A DNA stretch of 62,328 nucleotides, filler included, from Chrysochromulina tobinii (lineage: Eukaryota): NCBI GenBank assembly GCA_001275005.1. It is 5 parts of 5 records of this genome, joined end to end, with 100 filler letters (N's around TTAATTAATTAA, not from the genome) between each part and the next. Parts side by side here need not be neighbours in the genome. Positions count along the whole stretch, not along the records: positions 54,410 to 62,328 come from JWZX01001130.1; 4 more parts are not named here. One strand, written 5' to 3'. Made by a program: the position numbers and the translations under genes. Below the pieces are notes generated by a model, which made no database searches, was not told the DNA's origin, and saw only the letters and a list, made by a program, of their open reading frames with translations. This document shows, piece after piece, positions 58,901 to 62,328 of this stretch. Position 1 is the first letter of the stretch. Each line of letters opens with the position of its first letter.

Positions 58901-61900
58901 GCAACGGCGCGTCCATCTCAAACAACACCGCCGTCTCCGTGAACAGGTACGCGGTGGGGGGCGGCGGGCTGGCGATCGATGAGGGCGGCAAGGCCGTGCT
59001 CTCGGCGAGCGCCGTCGTCGGCAACACCGCGCGCGCCGAGGGACGCGGCGACGCCAACGGCGGCGGCGTGCTCACCTACGGCACCCTCACCGCGAGCGAC
59101 GGAGCGTCCATCTCAAACAACACCGCCGTCTCCGTGAACGGTAGGGCATATGGCGGCGGGCTGGAGATCAGCTTGGGCGGCACGGCCGTGCTCACGGCGA
59201 GCGCCGTCGACGGCAACACCGCGCGCGCCGAGGGCAGCGGCAACGCCTACGGCGGCGGCGTGTACACTGACGGCGCCCTCACCGCGAGCGACGGAGCGTC
59301 CATCTCGAGCAACACCGCCGTCTCCGTGAACGGGCAGGTGCAGGGCGGCGGGCTGCAGATCAGCACCAGCGGCACGGTCGTGCTCTTGGCGAGCGCGGTG
59401 GACGGCAACACCGCGCGGGCCGAGGGCAGCAGCACCGCCTACGGTGGCGGCGTGGTCACCGGCGGCACCCTCACCGCGAGCAACGGCGCGTCCATCGCGC
59501 ACAACACCGCCGTATCCGTGAAGGGGCAGGCGGTCGGCGGCGGGCTGGAGATCGGCAAGGGCGGCATAGTCGTGCTCTTGGCGAGCGCGGTGGACGGCAA
59601 CACCGCGCACGCCGAGGGTAACGGCAACGCCCTCGGCGGCGGTGTGGACACCTTCGGTGCCCTCACCGCGAGCGACGGCACGTTCATCTCGCACAACACC
59701 GCCGTCTCCGTGAACGGGCCCGCGTATGGCGGCGGGCTGGAGATCGGCAAGGGCGGCACGGTCGTGCTCTCGGCGAGCGCCGTCGACGGCAATACCGCGC
59801 GTTCAGAGGGCAGCGGCGACGCCTACGGCGGCGGCGTGGATACCGACTACGGCGCCCTCACCGCGCGCGACGGCACGTCTATTTCGCACAACACCGCGGT
59901 CTCCGTGAACGGGCAGGTGGAGGGCGGCGGGCTGCTGATTGGTGAGGGCGGCACGGCCGTGCTCTCGGCGAGCGCCGTCGACGGCAACACCGCGCGCGCC
60001 GAGGGACGCGGCATCGCCGGCGGCGGCGGCGTGCGCACCGACGGCGCCCTCACCGCGAGCGACGGTACGTCCATCTCGCACAACTCCGCCGTCTCCGTGA
60101 ACGGGGGAGCGATCGGTGGTGGGCTGGAGATCGGCGAGGGCGGCACGGCCGTGCTCTCGGCGAGCGCCGTCGACGGCAACACCGCGCGCGCCGAGGGCAG
60201 CGGCAACGCCCTCGGCGGCGGAGTGGTCACCAAAGGCGCCCTCACCGCGAGCGACGGCGCGTCCATCTCAAACAACACCGCCGTCTCCGTGAACGGGGGA
60301 GCGATCGGCGGCGGGCTGCAGATCAACGAGCGCGGCACGGCCGTGCTCTCGGCGAGCGCTGTCGACGGCAACACCGCGCGTGCCGAGGGTAACGGCAGCG
60401 CCTTCGGCGGCGGCGTGGACACCTTCGGCGCCCTCACCGCAAGCGACGGCACGTCCATCTCGAGCAACACCGCCGTCTCCGTGGATGGGGGCGCGCTCGG
60501 CGGCGGGCTGCAGATCCACTCCGGCGGCACGGCCGTGCTCTCGGCGAGCGCCGTCGACGGCAACACCGCGCGCGTTGAGGGCAGCGACGTCGCTGCCGTC
60601 GGCGGCGGCGTGGTCACCAAAGGCACCCTCACCGCGCGCGACGGCACGTCCATCTCGCACAACACCGCCGTCTCCCTCCAGGGTGAAGTGATCGGCGGCG
60701 GCGTCACTGCCGCTAACATTGACGACATATTCGCCTGCGCGGTCGCGCTGAACGATACCTCCGTCCTCAACAACACGGCGCGCGCCGAGCGCGGCGCGGG
60801 CGCCGACGGCGGCGGCCTCGCGACCTTTTGCAACCTGACGGCGCGCAACGCGACGATCGTCGGCAACCGAGTGTTCGCCGCCAGCGGCACCTGCCGCGGC
60901 GGTGGCCTCTTCCACGCCGGCCGCCCCGCCCTCCTCTACGGCGGCGTCATCGACGGCAACGTGGCCATCGGCCGCGTTGCGTCGGGCTCCCAGGTCCTCG
61001 ATTGGCTCTGATGACCACTGATTGGCTCTGATGACCACTGATTGGCTCTGATGACCACTGATTGGCTCTGATGACCACTGATTGGCTCTGATGACCACTG
61101 ATTGGCCGCGTTGCGTCGGGCTCGCAGGTCCTCGTCGGCGCGCCGCTCGCCTACGTGCTGCCCGCGCCCCTCGGCCGTTGGTTCGACGGCGTGCGCCAGT
61201 GCAACCGCGCCTTGTGCCCGGCAGGCATCCAAGGTGGCGAGGTGGAGTGCGCGCTGCAGCCGTGCGACTTTCACGTCTTCGGCGACGAGGTCGAGGGCCG
61301 GTGGATCACCGTCGCGCTACCGGGGCCCGCCGACGGCGATGCCTACCCGCCGCGATGCCTCCCGGGCTCATATGCCGCGGGCGCCGACCCCGAGGCCGAC
61401 CAGAGCGGCCGCACCTGCTCCGGCCTCTGCCCCGCCGGCCGCGCGTGCTTCATGCCGGGCACGATCGCACCCGGCGGCGATGCGAGCGCCCTGCCTGCAG
61501 CCCCCGCCGGCATGGCCACGGCGCTCGGCGACGCCACAGGCCGGCCGTGCGAGGCGGGCTTCTACTCCAAGGGCGGCGCCGCCGACCGTTGCCAAAAGTG
61601 CCCCTTCAACTCCACTTCGGCATTAGGCGGCTCCTCGATCGACGCCTGCTTCTGCGAGCCCGGCTTCTTCGGCGCGGCCGGGGCCTGCCGCCCCTGCCCG
61701 CCCGGCCTGGACTGCGCAGCTGGGGCGGACCCTGTGAATGTGAATGTGCTACCAGGCTCGTGGCGGCCGAGCCGACGCGCGGCAGAGGCGCACGTGTGCC
61801 CGGGTGGCAGCCTCACGTGCGCCGGTGGCTTGTCTGCGGCCAACTTCTCCCTCGACGACCCCAGCACGTGCGCCCCTGGCTTGGCGGGGCCATACTGCTC

Positions 61901-62328
61901 CGCCTGCACGGATGCACAGAGCTATCTCGATGCGAGCTCACGCACGTGCCGCACCTGCGTGCAATCCTTCTCCTTCTTCGGAGCCATCGTCGGCAGCTTG
62001 GTGGGCGTCGCCGTCGCGTGCCTCCTTCTCGCCGGCTTCATGCACGATCCCGCCCTCCCCCTTCGCGATCGCATCAAGGGAGCCTGTTCCAATGGGAAGC
62101 GCGCCGTCACTGCCTCTCTTCTGAAATTGGGGAGCCACCCGCGCATCGTCGCCCTCCGCGCCGCCTCCGACTCGATCACCCTCCTCGTCAAGGGCAAGCT
62201 CCTCCTCGGCTTCGCCCTCGTCATGGCGCAGATGGGCGATGTGTACCAGATCCGCTACCCTCCAGGCTTCCAGTCCCTCACCTCCACGCTGTTCAGCCCG
62301 CTGAGGCTGCAGCTCTTCGGGTGGATCC
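55943..62328 (+). CDS. Giant cell-surface protein: signal peptide, Pro-rich stalk, 18 x ~64-aa Pmp/beta-helix-like repeats, Cys-rich region, transmembrane region (runs off the window)
   Basis: Exons 55943-56030, 56321-60993 and 61128 to the window end join in frame. MPPGRLWLVVLAIR signal-like N-terminus; xxGNTA...GGG repeats; CSGLCPAG/CPFNS..C.C..GF Cys motifs; FFGAIVGSLVGVAVACLLLAG TM segment. Confidence 0.88.
61001..61100 (+). repeat. Five perfect 20-bp units ATTGGCTCTGATGACCACTG inside intron 60994-61127
   Basis: Exact 20-bp periodicity. Confidence 0.97.

Noticed and set aside
56221..61011. Bacterial autotransporter/Pmp contamination
   Set aside because: Spliceosomal introns, a Pro-rich stalk and a Cys-rich plus TM C-terminus show a eukaryotic gene.
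1..62328. rRNA, tRNA or intact transposase/RT genes
   Set aside because: None were recognisable by eye; a covariance-model or HMM search was not possible.

Overview
This is GC-rich eukaryotic nuclear DNA with spliceosomal GT-AG introns, not prokaryotic sequence. It is most likely from a flagellated haptophyte alga such as Chrysochromulina; that is an inference from BBS8, the AP2 and NLRC3-type LRR families and the intron style. Four artificial 100-bp N/TTAATTAATTAA/N linkers split the window into five contigs, so adjacency across linkers is not trustworthy. Recognisable genes are RINT1/TIP20, BBS8/TTC8, a bacterial-style beta-class DNA amino-methyltransferase, a SAP-ankyrin-Tudor-HNH protein, two Skp1+F-box fusion genes, an F-box+UBC(UEV) gene, a TIR protein, a FAD oxidoreductase, a PDZ-PH-EF-C2 protein, a long multi-intron coiled-coil gene and a giant repeat-rich surface protein. 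The most striking unexplained signal is a class of introns built from microsatellite filler plus duplicated copies of their own splice junctions. One of these (60994-61127) has the structure expected of a recent intron gain by duplication of an AG|GT-containing exon segment.
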